Made by a program: the position numbers and the translations under genes
In this document: positions 37,521 through 46,469 of the stretch, in pieces
Numbering within the stretch: the first letter of the stretch is position 1
How the letters are laid out: each line of letters starts with the position of its first letter
The notes under the pieces: generated by a model
Seen by the model: the letters and a program-made list of their open reading frames with translations, nothing else
What the model was told of the DNA's origin: nothing
Databases searched by the model: none
Assembly (NCBI GenBank): GCA_020847855.1
Contig: JADLBH010000021.1
Location: 4,773-68,772 of the forward strand
Reading direction: 5' to 3'
Length of the DNA stretch: 64,000 nt
DNA from: Fimbriimonadaceae bacterium
Lineage (GTDB): Bacteria; Armatimonadota; Fimbriimonadia; Fimbriimonadales; Fimbriimonadaceae

Positions 37521-37655
37521 ATGAAGAAGATCGCTCTATTCGCTCTGGCCATCGGCCTGCTCAGCGCATTCGTAGTCGGCTGCACGCCGCCCGCCGATAG
37601 TGGCACCGCGGACGCCCCCGCCAAGACCGACGACGCAGCGGCCACCGGCGAGTAG
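37521..37655 (+). CDS. 44-aa small lipoprotein precursor
   Basis: Sequence MKKIALFALAIGLLSAFVVGC, then an acidic Ala/Pro/Asp/Thr tail. Shine-Dalgarno AAGGTGGA lies about 10 nt upstream. A strong terminator follows. Confidence 0.6.
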   Translation: MKKIALFALAIGLLSAFVVGCTPPADSGTADAPAKTDDAAATGE

Positions 37656-37678
37656 CCGGATCCCTCATCGGACAACCT

Positions 37679-37714
37679 GCGGCCCGGACCTTCCGTCCGG
37701 GCCGCAACTTTTCT
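37679..37714. terminator. intrinsic terminator between convergent genes
   Basis: Perfect 11-bp stem GCGGCCCGGAC/GTCCGGGCCGC with loop CTTCC, followed by AACTTTTCT on the plus strand. Confidence 0.75.
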
Positions 37715-37723
37715 GCGGTCAGG

Positions 37724-38653
37724 CTATTCGAGATCGCCGTACACGACGCGCCCGTTCACCAGGCCCGTCAACGTCACGTCGCCCCCGATCAAGCAGCCGC
37801 TCACGGTTCCCGAGGCCCGAACTCGAGAACCAGGCAAGATCACCGAATCCGTCACGCTCGGTGCCTCCACCGACGCCCGTTCTCCCACGATCACGTGCTC
37901 CCCGAGCTCGGCTCTCACTTCGGCACCGTCCGCGATGAGGCACTTACCGCCCGAGATGAAACGCGAGGTCGCCAGGTAAGACTCTAACGTCCCGGTATCG
38001 AACCATTCGCCCACGTACTTGCCCGCGCGCACGTCCTGACCCGACTCGATCATCATCTGGATCGCGTCGCTAATCTCATACTCGCCTCGTGCGCTCGGCG
38101 AAAGTCGCTCGATCATCGGCCAGACCGCCGCGCTGAAGATGTACATCCCGGCCATCGCCCAATCCGACTCCGGTACCTCGGGCTTCTCGACCAGCTTGAC
38201 CATACGGTCGCCTTCTAGAGTCGCTACCCCGAACCTGCGCGGATCCTCCACTCGCTTCACCAGGTTCAGGTTGCCGCAGCCAGAGTCGAGGTATTGCCGC
38301 ACGTACGGCTCGATCGGGTTCTCATAGATCGCATCCCCGAGGTAGAGCAAGAAGTCTTCCTCGCCGACCGCCTCCCGCGAACAAGCCACCGCATGGGCGA
38401 GACCCTTGGGCTCGTCCTGGACCGCGTAGGTGATCTGAATCCCTCTTGAGCTCCCGTCACCGAGGAACGACTCGATCGCATCGCGATTCGAGCCTACGAC
38501 GATACAGACGTCGGTGATCGCGCACTCCTTGAGCCGGTCGAACGCATAGTCGAGAGTCGGCCGGTTCGCAATAGGCAGGAGCGGCTTGGGTACCACCTTC
38601 GTCACCGGGTAGAGCCTGGTCCCCATCCCCGCGGCAAGAACGACCCCTTTCAT
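37724..38653 (-). CDS. sugar-1-phosphate nucleotidyltransferase with C-terminal left-handed beta-helix (RmlA/GlmU-like)
   Basis: N-terminus MKGVVLAAGMGTRLYPVTKVVPKPLLPI, then EPKGLAHAV. Hexapeptide-like C-terminus. ATG 38653. Confidence 0.8.
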   Translation of the reverse strand: MKGVVLAAGMGTRLYPVTKVVPKPLLPIANRPTLDYAFDRLKECAITDVCIVVGSNRDAIESFLGDGSSRGIQITYAVQDEPKGLAHAVACSREAVGEEDFLLYLGDAIYENPIEPYVRQYLDSGCGNLNLVKRVEDPRRFGVATLEGDRMVKLVEKPEVPESDWAMAGMYIFSAAVWPMIERLSPSARGEYEISDAIQMMIESGQDVRAGKYVGEWFDTGTLESYLATSRFISGGKCLIADGAEVRAELGEHVIVGERASVEAPSVTDSVILPGSRVRASGTVSGCLIGGDVTLTGLVNGRVVYGDLE

Positions 38654-38711
38654 AGCCAAGAATCTTGGCACACGCCTAACGCGCCTCCGCGACTCCGGTA
38701 CATTCGATCCC

Positions 38712-39887
38712 ATGCGCGGTTGGGCCATCGCTGCGGTCTTGATCCTGGCGGGGTGTCGTGGCGGCATGGCTCCCGAGCCGAGTCCGATCGCTCGCCCCGA
38801 TCCGGTTCAGTCACCGAGAGCAGGCTCGAAGCACGCCCGTCTCGTTGAGCTGGGACGGCGCGCGATCCAGCGTTCACCCGTGCTTTCCGAGCGTGTGGAC
38901 CACACGTCCGGGGTGCGCAGTGCGGTCCTCGCCGAGAACGGGGCGACCCTGAGCGAGCTTCGAAGGGTATCGAAGGCCAAAGGCGAGTTCCAGTTCCGCT
39001 CCTATGCGCCCTTCGGCAAGGCTCCTCGATTGAGCGAGTTCGCCGCGCTCGCCCTTCTGGCCGAGTGGGGGGCGAGGGCGGCCATCGCGGAAGCGAACTG
39101 GAGCACCGCGATCGAAGATTCCTTGACGCTCGCCCGCATTGGCGCCTTCCTGGAGGGCGGCGACGCAAGGGCTGCCATCACCGGGCTCACCTTCCTCAGC
39201 CGGGCCTACCATCTTTTGGCCCGCGTGGACGAGACGGCTCCTGCAAAGACCCTCGCGGGTCTCGATCGCGAGCTCGATGGAATCGAGTCGAGTTCGCCAA
39301 GCCCTTCCGTGACCCTTCGCAACGACACGGCACAAGCTCGGCTCGTGATCGAGCACTTCCGAGCCCTTGTGCGCAAGGACGAGTGGGGTGAGATCGGACG
39401 CATCGTTCAGCCCCTCGCGCTGGGAAGACTTTCCGCATTCCGCAACCTGAACCCCGACAAGCAGGACGCGCTGCTCCGATCGCTCGCCGAGGAAGTGGCC
39501 AGCCATGCAGCACGGCTGGCCGCCGAAGCCGAGAAACCGGTAGCGCAGCGCGGAGAGCTTCCTGAGCTCAACGCGAACTCAGCCGAGGCGTTTTGGCCCC
39601 ACGCCGTCCAAGGCATGGAGGCGTTCGTCTCGCAGCGCGACAGGGTGACCACCGAGGGCAGGCTCATGCGCCTTCGCATTTGGGCGAGTGGGATCGCGCT
39701 TCAGCAAGGCTCCGTGCCCAAGAGCCTCAAGAACGCCCCTCCCGAACTGAAACTCGATCCATACTCCGGGCGACCGCTTCTCTATGTCCCCACCGGGCGC
39801 GAGGCCTCGATCTACAGCCCCGGCGAGGACATGAGGGACGACGGCGGTTCGTTGGCGACCGACGTCGTGCTCGCACCCGGCGACTAG
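38712..39887 (+). CDS. hypothetical lipoprotein
   Basis: Signal plus lipobox MRGWAIAAVLILAGC. Helical repeat-like body. C-terminal DPYSGRPLLYVP...IYSPGEDMRDDGG resembles pseudopilin-type tails. Confidence 0.6.
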   Translation: MRGWAIAAVLILAGCRGGMAPEPSPIARPDPVQSPRAGSKHARLVELGRRAIQRSPVLSERVDHTSGVRSAVLAENGATLSELRRVSKAKGEFQFRSYAPFGKAPRLSEFAALALLAEWGARAAIAEANWSTAIEDSLTLARIGAFLEGGDARAAITGLTFLSRAYHLLARVDETAPAKTLAGLDRELDGIESSSPSPSVTLRNDTAQARLVIEHFRALVRKDEWGEIGRIVQPLALGRLSAFRNLNPDKQDALLRSLAEEVASHAARLAAEAEKPVAQRGELPELNANSAEAFWPHAVQGMEAFVSQRDRVTTEGRLMRLRIWASGIALQQGSVPKSLKNAPPELKLDPYSGRPLLYVPTGREASIYSPGEDMRDDGGSLATDVVLAPGD

Positions 39888-41113
39888 GCTTCCGGGATCG
39901 CCACGGCCTCGATCGGTACCTCGCTGTGCAGCGAAGGGCGGCAAACCACCGCCTTCAGGCCCTCGACGACGACCTCGTCGTTCCCAATCCCGCTCAATCC
40001 GCCTTCCACAAAGGCCGCGGTCGTCTCGCTCACGACCATCGTCCCTGGATCGGCTCGTTTTTGCATGTGAGCCGCCACGTCAATCACATGGGCGAAGTTC
40101 ACTCGGCTCAAGTTGTCGCCCGCCGCATGCACCGACCCGGTGTGGCACCCGCATCGGATCGTGATCTTTTCGTCCAGACGGTTTCGAAATGCGTTGAACT
40201 CAAACAAACCTGCGAGCAGAGCCCTCCCCGCCCGATAGCCCGACTCTGGCTGCTCGAAGACAAGGGTGACGCCGTCTCCCGCCGTGGAGTGCAGTTGCCC
40301 GCCGAACCGCCGCGCCACAGACTCCACGAACGAGTGGTACTCGCCGAACGTGTACTCGATGTCCAACTGATCGTTGGTCGTCTTGATCTGCGTCGAGCCG
40401 ACGATGTCCACGCTGAGGAACGTCACGTCCCGTTCGTCCGACCGCAAGCGGTCCTGGATCTCGTGGAGTTGCTGGATGAGCGCGGCTCGTTGCTGGACGG
40501 GGTCCTTGAGCCCGAACCATTTTCGATTTAGATCCACCAAACGGTTCAAAAACACGCCTGCCAAAGCCCCTCCCGCCAAGAACGCAAGGAGCAAGGCTGG
40601 GTGCGGTTCGAGGCGGACAGCACCGGGCACCAGGCCGAAGAGAAACCCGAAGGCGCTCCCGCAAAGCATCGCAACCCCGCCATAGAGGGCGCCGGAGAGG
40701 GCCGCGCCCCGGACGCTCTTGCTCACCGCCGCGTTTCCCAAGCCGAAAAGGAGCGCGATCAGGGCGATCGTCCCTCCCAGGCTGCTCGCGCTGGCCGCGG
40801 CGGTGGAAACGGCCGTGAAGAATCCGCTCAGGGTGCCAAAGATCGCCGCCAAGGTCATGGAACGGACCTCCGGAGTGAGGGCCCGATACGATCCCCGGAT
40901 CTGTTCGAGCATCGTCCTTCGCCGGTTGCCCGTGCTCGAGGCGGCGATCAGCCGGACATAGCTCTCCGCTGCGCCTGTCGCCTCGGCGATGGCGACGATC
41001 GCATCGTCGCTGAGCTCGCCGTGGAGTATGCGCAAACGTTCCGTCAGCGCATGGATTTCTTGATACCCATCCGCGATCAGATCCTGGTCGGAGGCCAGTC
41101 GAAAGTCGTTCAA
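39884..41113 (-). CDS. membrane-anchored class III adenylate/guanylate cyclase
   Basis: Central TM block, then cyclase motifs FLSVDIVGSTQ, TAGDGVTLVF, IRCGCHTG. Confidence 0.8.
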   Translation of the reverse strand: MNDFRLASDQDLIADGYQEIHALTERLRILHGELSDDAIVAIAEATGAAESYVRLIAASSTGNRRRTMLEQIRGSYRALTPEVRSMTLAAIFGTLSGFFTAVSTAAASASSLGGTIALIALLFGLGNAAVSKSVRGAALSGALYGGVAMLCGSAFGFLFGLVPGAVRLEPHPALLLAFLAGGALAGVFLNRLVDLNRKWFGLKDPVQQRAALIQQLHEIQDRLRSDERDVTFLSVDIVGSTQIKTTNDQLDIEYTFGEYHSFVESVARRFGGQLHSTAGDGVTLVFEQPESGYRAGRALLAGLFEFNAFRNRLDEKITIRCGCHTGSVHAAGDNLSRVNFAHVIDVAAHMQKRADPGTMVVSETTAAFVEGGLSGIGNDEVVVEGLKAVVCRPSLHSEVPIEAVAIPEA

Positions 41114-41129
41114 TGCTTCTCCCGTGAGT

Positions 41130-41531
41130 TTACAACTTCTCCGCGCTCGGCAAGCTGGATGAAAATCCGTGCGGGATCAGGTCTGCTAAGAAGTACCGGG
41201 TCACATCGCCCCCAGGTTTCGAAACCAAGACCTCTACCGACTTTGGGTCGGACGTGAACTCCAGGAGGGTTTGAAGGCACATGCCGCACGGAGTCCCTCC
41301 GTCGGATGTGACGACAGCGATCGCCACGATCTGCCTCCCGCCGTCCGAGACCATCTTGGACACTGCGGCGCGCTCCGCACAGATCGTCAAGCCGTAGGAG
41401 ACGTTCTCCACGTTACTGCCTGTCCAAACTTCCCCGTTTGGGCCGAGGATCGCTGCACCTACCGCATACCGGCTATAAGGGCAATAAGCCTGCTCCCTTG
41501 CCAACTCCGCTTGATTCACCAAATGGTTCAT
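41130..41531 (-). CDS. cdd: cytidine deaminase
   Basis: Motifs CPYSRYAVGAA, CAERAA, PCGMCLQ. The ATG overlaps the mutS2 stop (ATGA). Confidence 0.9.
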   Translation of the reverse strand: MNHLVNQAELAREQAYCPYSRYAVGAAILGPNGEVWTGSNVENVSYGLTICAERAAVSKMVSDGGRQIVAIAVVTSDGGTPCGMCLQTLLEFTSDPKSVEVLVSKPGGDVTRYFLADLIPHGFSSSLPSAEKL

Positions 41532-43846
41532 TTGAGCCTCACTACCGTCACCCCTTCCCCTCCCTCCTCGGCCGTCGCCAAGGCGTAGGACTTCACCGCG
41601 ACGCTGGAGCGCAGGTAGTCGTGAGTCAGCTTCCTCAGCACGCCCTCGCCCTTGCCGTGTACCACCTTCAAGGTCTGGAACCCGGCTAGAACCGACTCGT
41701 CCACGAACTTCTCCAACTTCTCCTGGGCATCCTCCGCGCGCATGTGCCGGAGGTGCAGCTCCGGGGAAGAGGTCATCGCCTTGCCGAGGGACAGGTTCTT
41801 CCGAGGCTTGCTCGATGCAGAAAGCGGTGGTTCGGCGACCCGTTCCAGCTCGGTGTCCTTCACGGTCATCCTGATGGCTCCCACGAGGACGGTGACCTTC
41901 CCGCTCCGCCCGACCTCGGCGACCTTCCCAACCGAAGCTTGGCCTCGAACCCTCACCAGGTCGCCTAGCTTCAGACCTTCGGTGCGCTTGGTGGAGGGTT
42001 CTGGACGGGTCTCTTTGACAAACGCGGCCCCGACCTGCAGCAGCCCCTGAAGCTTCTCCTTCGCGGCCGCTGCCTCCTCCTTGCTCCCCGCCCTCTTGAC
42101 GGCCTCGAAGACCTCGGTCGCCTCGATCCGGATCTGCCGGAGGAGCTCGGCGATCTCATCCGATGCCCGCTGCCGCATGGCCCGGTTCGATTCCTTGGCA
42201 TCCTTGGCACTTTGGGCGGCCTCGCGTTCGAGGTCCGAGAGCTGCTCGGCCAGGGCTTCGGCCTTCGCGGCCGAAGCATCCGCGGCGGCGCGGGCGTCGG
42301 CGAGTTGCTGGATCGTCCGAGAGAGGTCAAGCTCGGAAGCTCCCATATAGCCCTCTGCTTCCGCGATCACTTCTTGGGGGATCCCCAACCTTGCCGCGAC
42401 CGCCATCGCGTGGCTCGCACCGGGCACGTCGAGGATGAGGCGGTACGTAGGCATCAAGCTCTCCTTGTCGAACTCCATCGAGCAGTTTCGAAAGCCGTGA
42501 GCCTCGGCCGCCAACGTTTTCAGCTCCCCATAGTGGGTCGAGGCAGCGACGAACGCGCCCTTCCGGTGGAACTCCAACAAAAGGGCGCGGGCGAGCCCGG
42601 CTCCCTCAGCCGGGTCGGTCCCAGCCCCAAGCTCGTCGAGAATGACCAGCGAACCGGGCTCTGCGCCATGGAGGGCAGCGGCAATGTTGGCGATGTGACC
42701 GCTGAAAGTGCTCAGCGACTGGCTCAGCGATTGCTCGTCGCCGACATCCGCCCAAACTTGAGTGACGGGCTTGAACTCCATGAATCGGGCCGGAGGCATC
42801 ATGCCGCACTGAGCCATGAGCACGCAAAGCCCGATCACCTTGAGCGCCACGGTCTTTCCCCCGGTGTTCGGCCCCGTGACCAGGTACACACTCGATTCAC
42901 GGTTGAACTCGATCGTCAGCGGAACCGCTCCTGTGAGCATAGGGTGCCGCGCGGCTTCGAGCTTGATCGTAGGGGACTCGGTGAGTCGGGGCACGCAGCC
43001 TCTTAGGGAATGTCCGAAGCGGGCCTTGGCGAACACAGTGTCGAGCTCGGTGATCGCGGCGAGGCTTGCGAGGATCGTTCCGGCCTCCCCTCCCACCTCG
43101 GCCGAGAGTCCGTCGAGCACTCGGTCCACCTCGGCCTGCTCTTGCACCTCGGCCGCCCGAACCTCGTTCCCGAGCGCGACCAAGTCGTCGGGCTCGACAA
43201 AGAGAGTACCGCCGCTGGCACTGGTGTCGTGGACGATTCCCCTGATCTTTCCCTTGTTTTCCGCCTTCAGCGGAAGGACAGTGCGACCGTTTCTCATCGT
43301 TGCGACGGCGTCACTCAGGTACTCGCGAGTCTTCCCGCCCAGATAAGACCGAATCCGCGCCTCGATCTTGCCTCGTAGGGATCGTTGGGCAGCCCTCGCG
43401 GAGGCCAGGGCCGGGGAGGCTTCGTCCCGCACGTGCCCATCTCCATCCAGCCAAGCGAGGAGCTTGGCCTCCAGGCGCGGCAAGTTGGCGATCTGATCCA
43501 CGAGAGGGGAGAGCAAGGGTGCGGACTGAGCACGGGCGATCGGCTCGACGGACAACCGCGCCGCCTTCAGGCTGGCACCGATCGCGTGCAGGGACTCCCC
43601 ATCCACGCCCAGGCCCTTACCGCATCGCTCTACCGCCTCGTAGACGGGAAGGATCCCAGCAAAGGAGACCGTCTCCGTCCCCAGGATCGCATCCGCCTCG
43701 GCCAAGGTGCCGATCCGCAGTTCGACGATGTCCGGGTCGAACGAGGGCTCGAGATCCCGGCAAGCCCTCCGACCCGGTTCGGTATCGGCCTGGGCGGCGA
43801 GACCTTCGAGGACGGCCGCAAACTCGAGTACCCGCAGAGCGTGCAT
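41528..43846 (-). CDS. mutS2: endonuclease MutS2 (MutS domain V plus C-terminal Smr)
   Basis: Motifs GPNTGGKTVALK, ILDELGAGTDPAEGA, long coiled-coil, and a Smr tail LHLRHMRAEDAQ...VVHGKGEGVLR. ATG 43846. Confidence 0.9.
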   Translation of the reverse strand: MHALRVLEFAAVLEGLAAQADTEPGRRACRDLEPSFDPDIVELRIGTLAEADAILGTETVSFAGILPVYEAVERCGKGLGVDGESLHAIGASLKAARLSVEPIARAQSAPLLSPLVDQIANLPRLEAKLLAWLDGDGHVRDEASPALASARAAQRSLRGKIEARIRSYLGGKTREYLSDAVATMRNGRTVLPLKAENKGKIRGIVHDTSASGGTLFVEPDDLVALGNEVRAAEVQEQAEVDRVLDGLSAEVGGEAGTILASLAAITELDTVFAKARFGHSLRGCVPRLTESPTIKLEAARHPMLTGAVPLTIEFNRESSVYLVTGPNTGGKTVALKVIGLCVLMAQCGMMPPARFMEFKPVTQVWADVGDEQSLSQSLSTFSGHIANIAAALHGAEPGSLVILDELGAGTDPAEGAGLARALLLEFHRKGAFVAASTHYGELKTLAAEAHGFRNCSMEFDKESLMPTYRLILDVPGASHAMAVAARLGIPQEVIAEAEGYMGASELDLSRTIQQLADARAAADASAAKAEALAEQLSDLEREAAQSAKDAKESNRAMRQRASDEIAELLRQIRIEATEVFEAVKRAGSKEEAAAAKEKLQGLLQVGAAFVKETRPEPSTKRTEGLKLGDLVRVRGQASVGKVAEVGRSGKVTVLVGAIRMTVKDTELERVAEPPLSASSKPRKNLSLGKAMTSSPELHLRHMRAEDAQEKLEKFVDESVLAGFQTLKVVHGKGEGVLRKLTHDYLRSSVAVKSYALATAEEGGEGVTVVRLK

Positions 43847-43901
43847 CTCTTCGTCTGATTGTGCCTGTTCGCCGCACATCCATGTTCGGCATACTAGGGA
43901 A

Positions 43902-44546
43902 GTGGTTGCCTCCCTGCTCTTGCTCCTCGCCGCTCCTGCTCCCGGCCATTTCGAGATCAAGGCGAGCGACGACGTGTGGGTGTACCAATTCGCTCAGGAC
44001 CAAGCTTCCGACGAGGCACTACGGGTCTGGGGCGCGGAGGATGGCTCGGTCGCCGACGCAGAAGGCGGCGATCTCGCCTTCTCCTGGAGCATGTTGTCCT
44101 TCGACGTCTCGAAAGTGGAAGGCGAAGTGAAGTCCGCCAAGCTCGTGCTCTTCCACTTCCCCGAGGCCGGGTTCACCGCGTCCGAATCGAAGCAGATGCC
44201 CGTCGAGGTTCGGAGCGCGCCGTCCAACTTCGAGGAGGAGACGTGGGACTATGGGATGCACCCTAAGTTCGTCCCGACCGCAGGCGAGAGCGCGATCTTC
44301 GGGACGGGTTGGGGCACACCAAGCAAGGACGAGACCCCCTTCGAGTTCACCATTGACCTCATGGCAGGGCCAGCGGACTTCAAGAAGGCGCTCGAGGCCG
44401 CGCGAGAAGACGACCGCAAACTGCTCGGACTCAGCCTGACCTCGAAGATGCGAACCCCCGAAGGGGGAGAGTCCAGGGTCTACAAGTTCTTCAGCCGGAC
44501 GAACGACACCGCGTACCAGCCGAAACTGGTGATCGAGACCGACTAG
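43902..44546 (+). CDS. secreted beta-sandwich protein (DNRLRE/CBM96-like pattern, tentative)
   Basis: Hydrophobic N-terminus VVASLLLLLAAPAPG. The pattern DDVWVY...LSFDVSKV..VKSAKLVL...VEVRSAP..FEEETWDY resembles DNRLRE domains. GTG start is uncertain. Confidence 0.45.
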   Translation: MVASLLLLLAAPAPGHFEIKASDDVWVYQFAQDQASDEALRVWGAEDGSVADAEGGDLAFSWSMLSFDVSKVEGEVKSAKLVLFHFPEAGFTASESKQMPVEVRSAPSNFEEETWDYGMHPKFVPTAGESAIFGTGWGTPSKDETPFEFTIDLMAGPADFKKALEAAREDDRKLLGLSLTSKMRTPEGGESRVYKFFSRTNDTAYQPKLVIETD

Positions 44547-46465
44547 GGCCCGCGAAGCAGGCGGATCCCGTTGAGCGCGACGATCGCGGTCGAGCCCTCA
44601 TGACCCATCACGGCCAGCGGGAGCACCAGGTTTCGATGCTCGGGCCACCAACGTTCGAGCACAAAGGTCATCAGGGTCAGAAGCACCACGATCGTGCCCG
44701 CGAAGACAAGGTTCGCCGTGACCACTCGGTTCGCGCGCCTGCCGAGGCGGATCAGGTCCGCGATCCTCCCCAGATCGTTGTGCATGAGGACGACTGAAGA
44801 GGACTGTAACGCAATATCGCTCCCGAGGCCCCCCATCCCGACTCCCACTGACGCCCGTGTCAAGCTGGGTGCATCGTTGATCCCATCCCCGACGAACAGG
44901 ACTCGCTCCCCTTCGGCTTCCTTCTCGCGAATCCAGGCTTCCTTGTCCTGCGGTAGGAGAAGCGCGTGAACCTCGGTGATGTCCGCTTCCGCGGCCACGG
45001 AATGTGCCGTGCGTTCGTTGTCCCCGGTGAGCATGGCGATCCTCCGAATCCCGAGATCTCGAAAACGTCGGATCGAGGCTGGAGCCTCCTGCCGAATCGT
45101 GTCCCGCAAGCCCAGAACGGCAAAGTCCTCGCCATAGTTCAGGATCGCGACCGTCATGCCCTTGTCGCGCATCGCGTCCGCTGATTCGCGAAGCCGAGCC
45201 GGCAGGTCCTCGAAGAACCGGGCCTGGCCTATTCTCACCTCGGCCCCGTCCAGGTTCGCTTCTACGCCATATCCCGGTCGTACCACAACCCGGGTCGCCT
45301 CCGGAAGTTCGCAGCCCTGCTCTCGCGCCGCCATCTTGATCGCCTCCGCGATGGGGTGGTCCGAGTACTGCTCGACCGCGGCCGCCATCGCGAGCACCTC
45401 CTTGGTACCGGAGGACATCGCTCCGCCTCGCCAGCAAGCCCCGCCCTCCTGGCAGTGGCTCTTAGAGGCTACTGCTACCGCTTCCGTGGCGCAGACGCAG
45501 AGTTCTGCGAGGTGCGGCTTGCCCAGCGTCAGTGTCCCGGTCTTGTCCAGGGCGACGGACGTGATCTTGCCCAAGAGCTCGACCACCCTGCCGCCGCGCA
45601 CGAGCATGCCTCGTCTTGCCGCCCATGCCAGGGCCGAGAGAGTCGTGGCGGGCACTGAGATCACCAAGGCGCACGGACTGAGGGCGACCAGGAGCGCCAA
45701 GGAACCATAAGCGGCCGCCATGAGATCCTGCCCGACCAAGATCCTGACCAGGAAGCTGACCACACAAGCACCCATGACTGCTTGGGTAAACGTCTTTCCG
45801 AACCAATGGCTCACCTTCTCGCCGGAACCCTTGGACTCTTGCGCCTCCTTGACGAGTGCGACGACCTTGTCCAACTGCGTCGAGCCCATCTCCGCCTCCA
45901 CCAGCGCCTCGAACGAGCCCCCCAGGTTCTGCGTCCCTGCGAAGACCATCGCTCCCTCGCCCACCGAGACGGGCGCAGACTCGCCGGTCATCGAGGAGTT
46001 GTCTACCGTGCTTTCGCCTTGGAGAATCACTGCGTCAATCGGCACTTGGGAGAACGGGTTCACCCGGATTCGATCCCCTCGCCGCAGATCCGCCACGGCG
46101 ACCGTGCGTTCCTCCCCCCCTACGAGCACGAGGGCAGAGTCTGGGCGCAAGGCAACCAGCGCCTCGATCGCGGACTGGGTGCGCGACATCGCAAACTCTT
46201 CGAGCGTCGCGGCAAGGCTGAAGAGGAAGAAGAGGATCCCCGCTTCGAGCACGTGGCCCAACGCGACGGAGCCAGCCCCAGCCACGATCATGAGCACGTT
46301 GACGTCGAGGGCTTTCCGGCGCACAGACCGCAACGCGGCGGCCAGGGCAAAGGGCGCCCCTGCGACTACTGCCACGTAGGCCGGCACGACCCAGCCGGTC
46401 ACCGTGCCGGTCACGACCCCGAGACCGCTCAAAGCAGTCAGATAAGCGTGGATGCGCTTGTCCAA
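44543..46465 (-). CDS. P1B-4-type heavy-metal (Co/Zn/Ni/Fe-class) translocating P-type ATPase
   Basis: Motifs DKTGTLT, TGDN, GDGINDAP. Transmembrane SPC (LSPCALV) and HEGST motifs. No N-terminal CxxC metal-binding domain. Confidence 0.85.
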   Translation of the reverse strand: MDKRIHAYLTALSGLGVVTGTVTGWVVPAYVAVVAGAPFALAAALRSVRRKALDVNVLMIVAGAGSVALGHVLEAGILFFLFSLAATLEEFAMSRTQSAIEALVALRPDSALVLVGGEERTVAVADLRRGDRIRVNPFSQVPIDAVILQGESTVDNSSMTGESAPVSVGEGAMVFAGTQNLGGSFEALVEAEMGSTQLDKVVALVKEAQESKGSGEKVSHWFGKTFTQAVMGACVVSFLVRILVGQDLMAAAYGSLALLVALSPCALVISVPATTLSALAWAARRGMLVRGGRVVELLGKITSVALDKTGTLTLGKPHLAELCVCATEAVAVASKSHCQEGGACWRGGAMSSGTKEVLAMAAAVEQYSDHPIAEAIKMAAREQGCELPEATRVVVRPGYGVEANLDGAEVRIGQARFFEDLPARLRESADAMRDKGMTVAILNYGEDFAVLGLRDTIRQEAPASIRRFRDLGIRRIAMLTGDNERTAHSVAAEADITEVHALLLPQDKEAWIREKEAEGERVLFVGDGINDAPSLTRASVGVGMGGLGSDIALQSSSVVLMHNDLGRIADLIRLGRRANRVVTANLVFAGTIVVLLTLMTFVLERWWPEHRNLVLPLAVMGHEGSTAIVALNGIRLLRGP

Positions 46466-46469
46466 TGAC

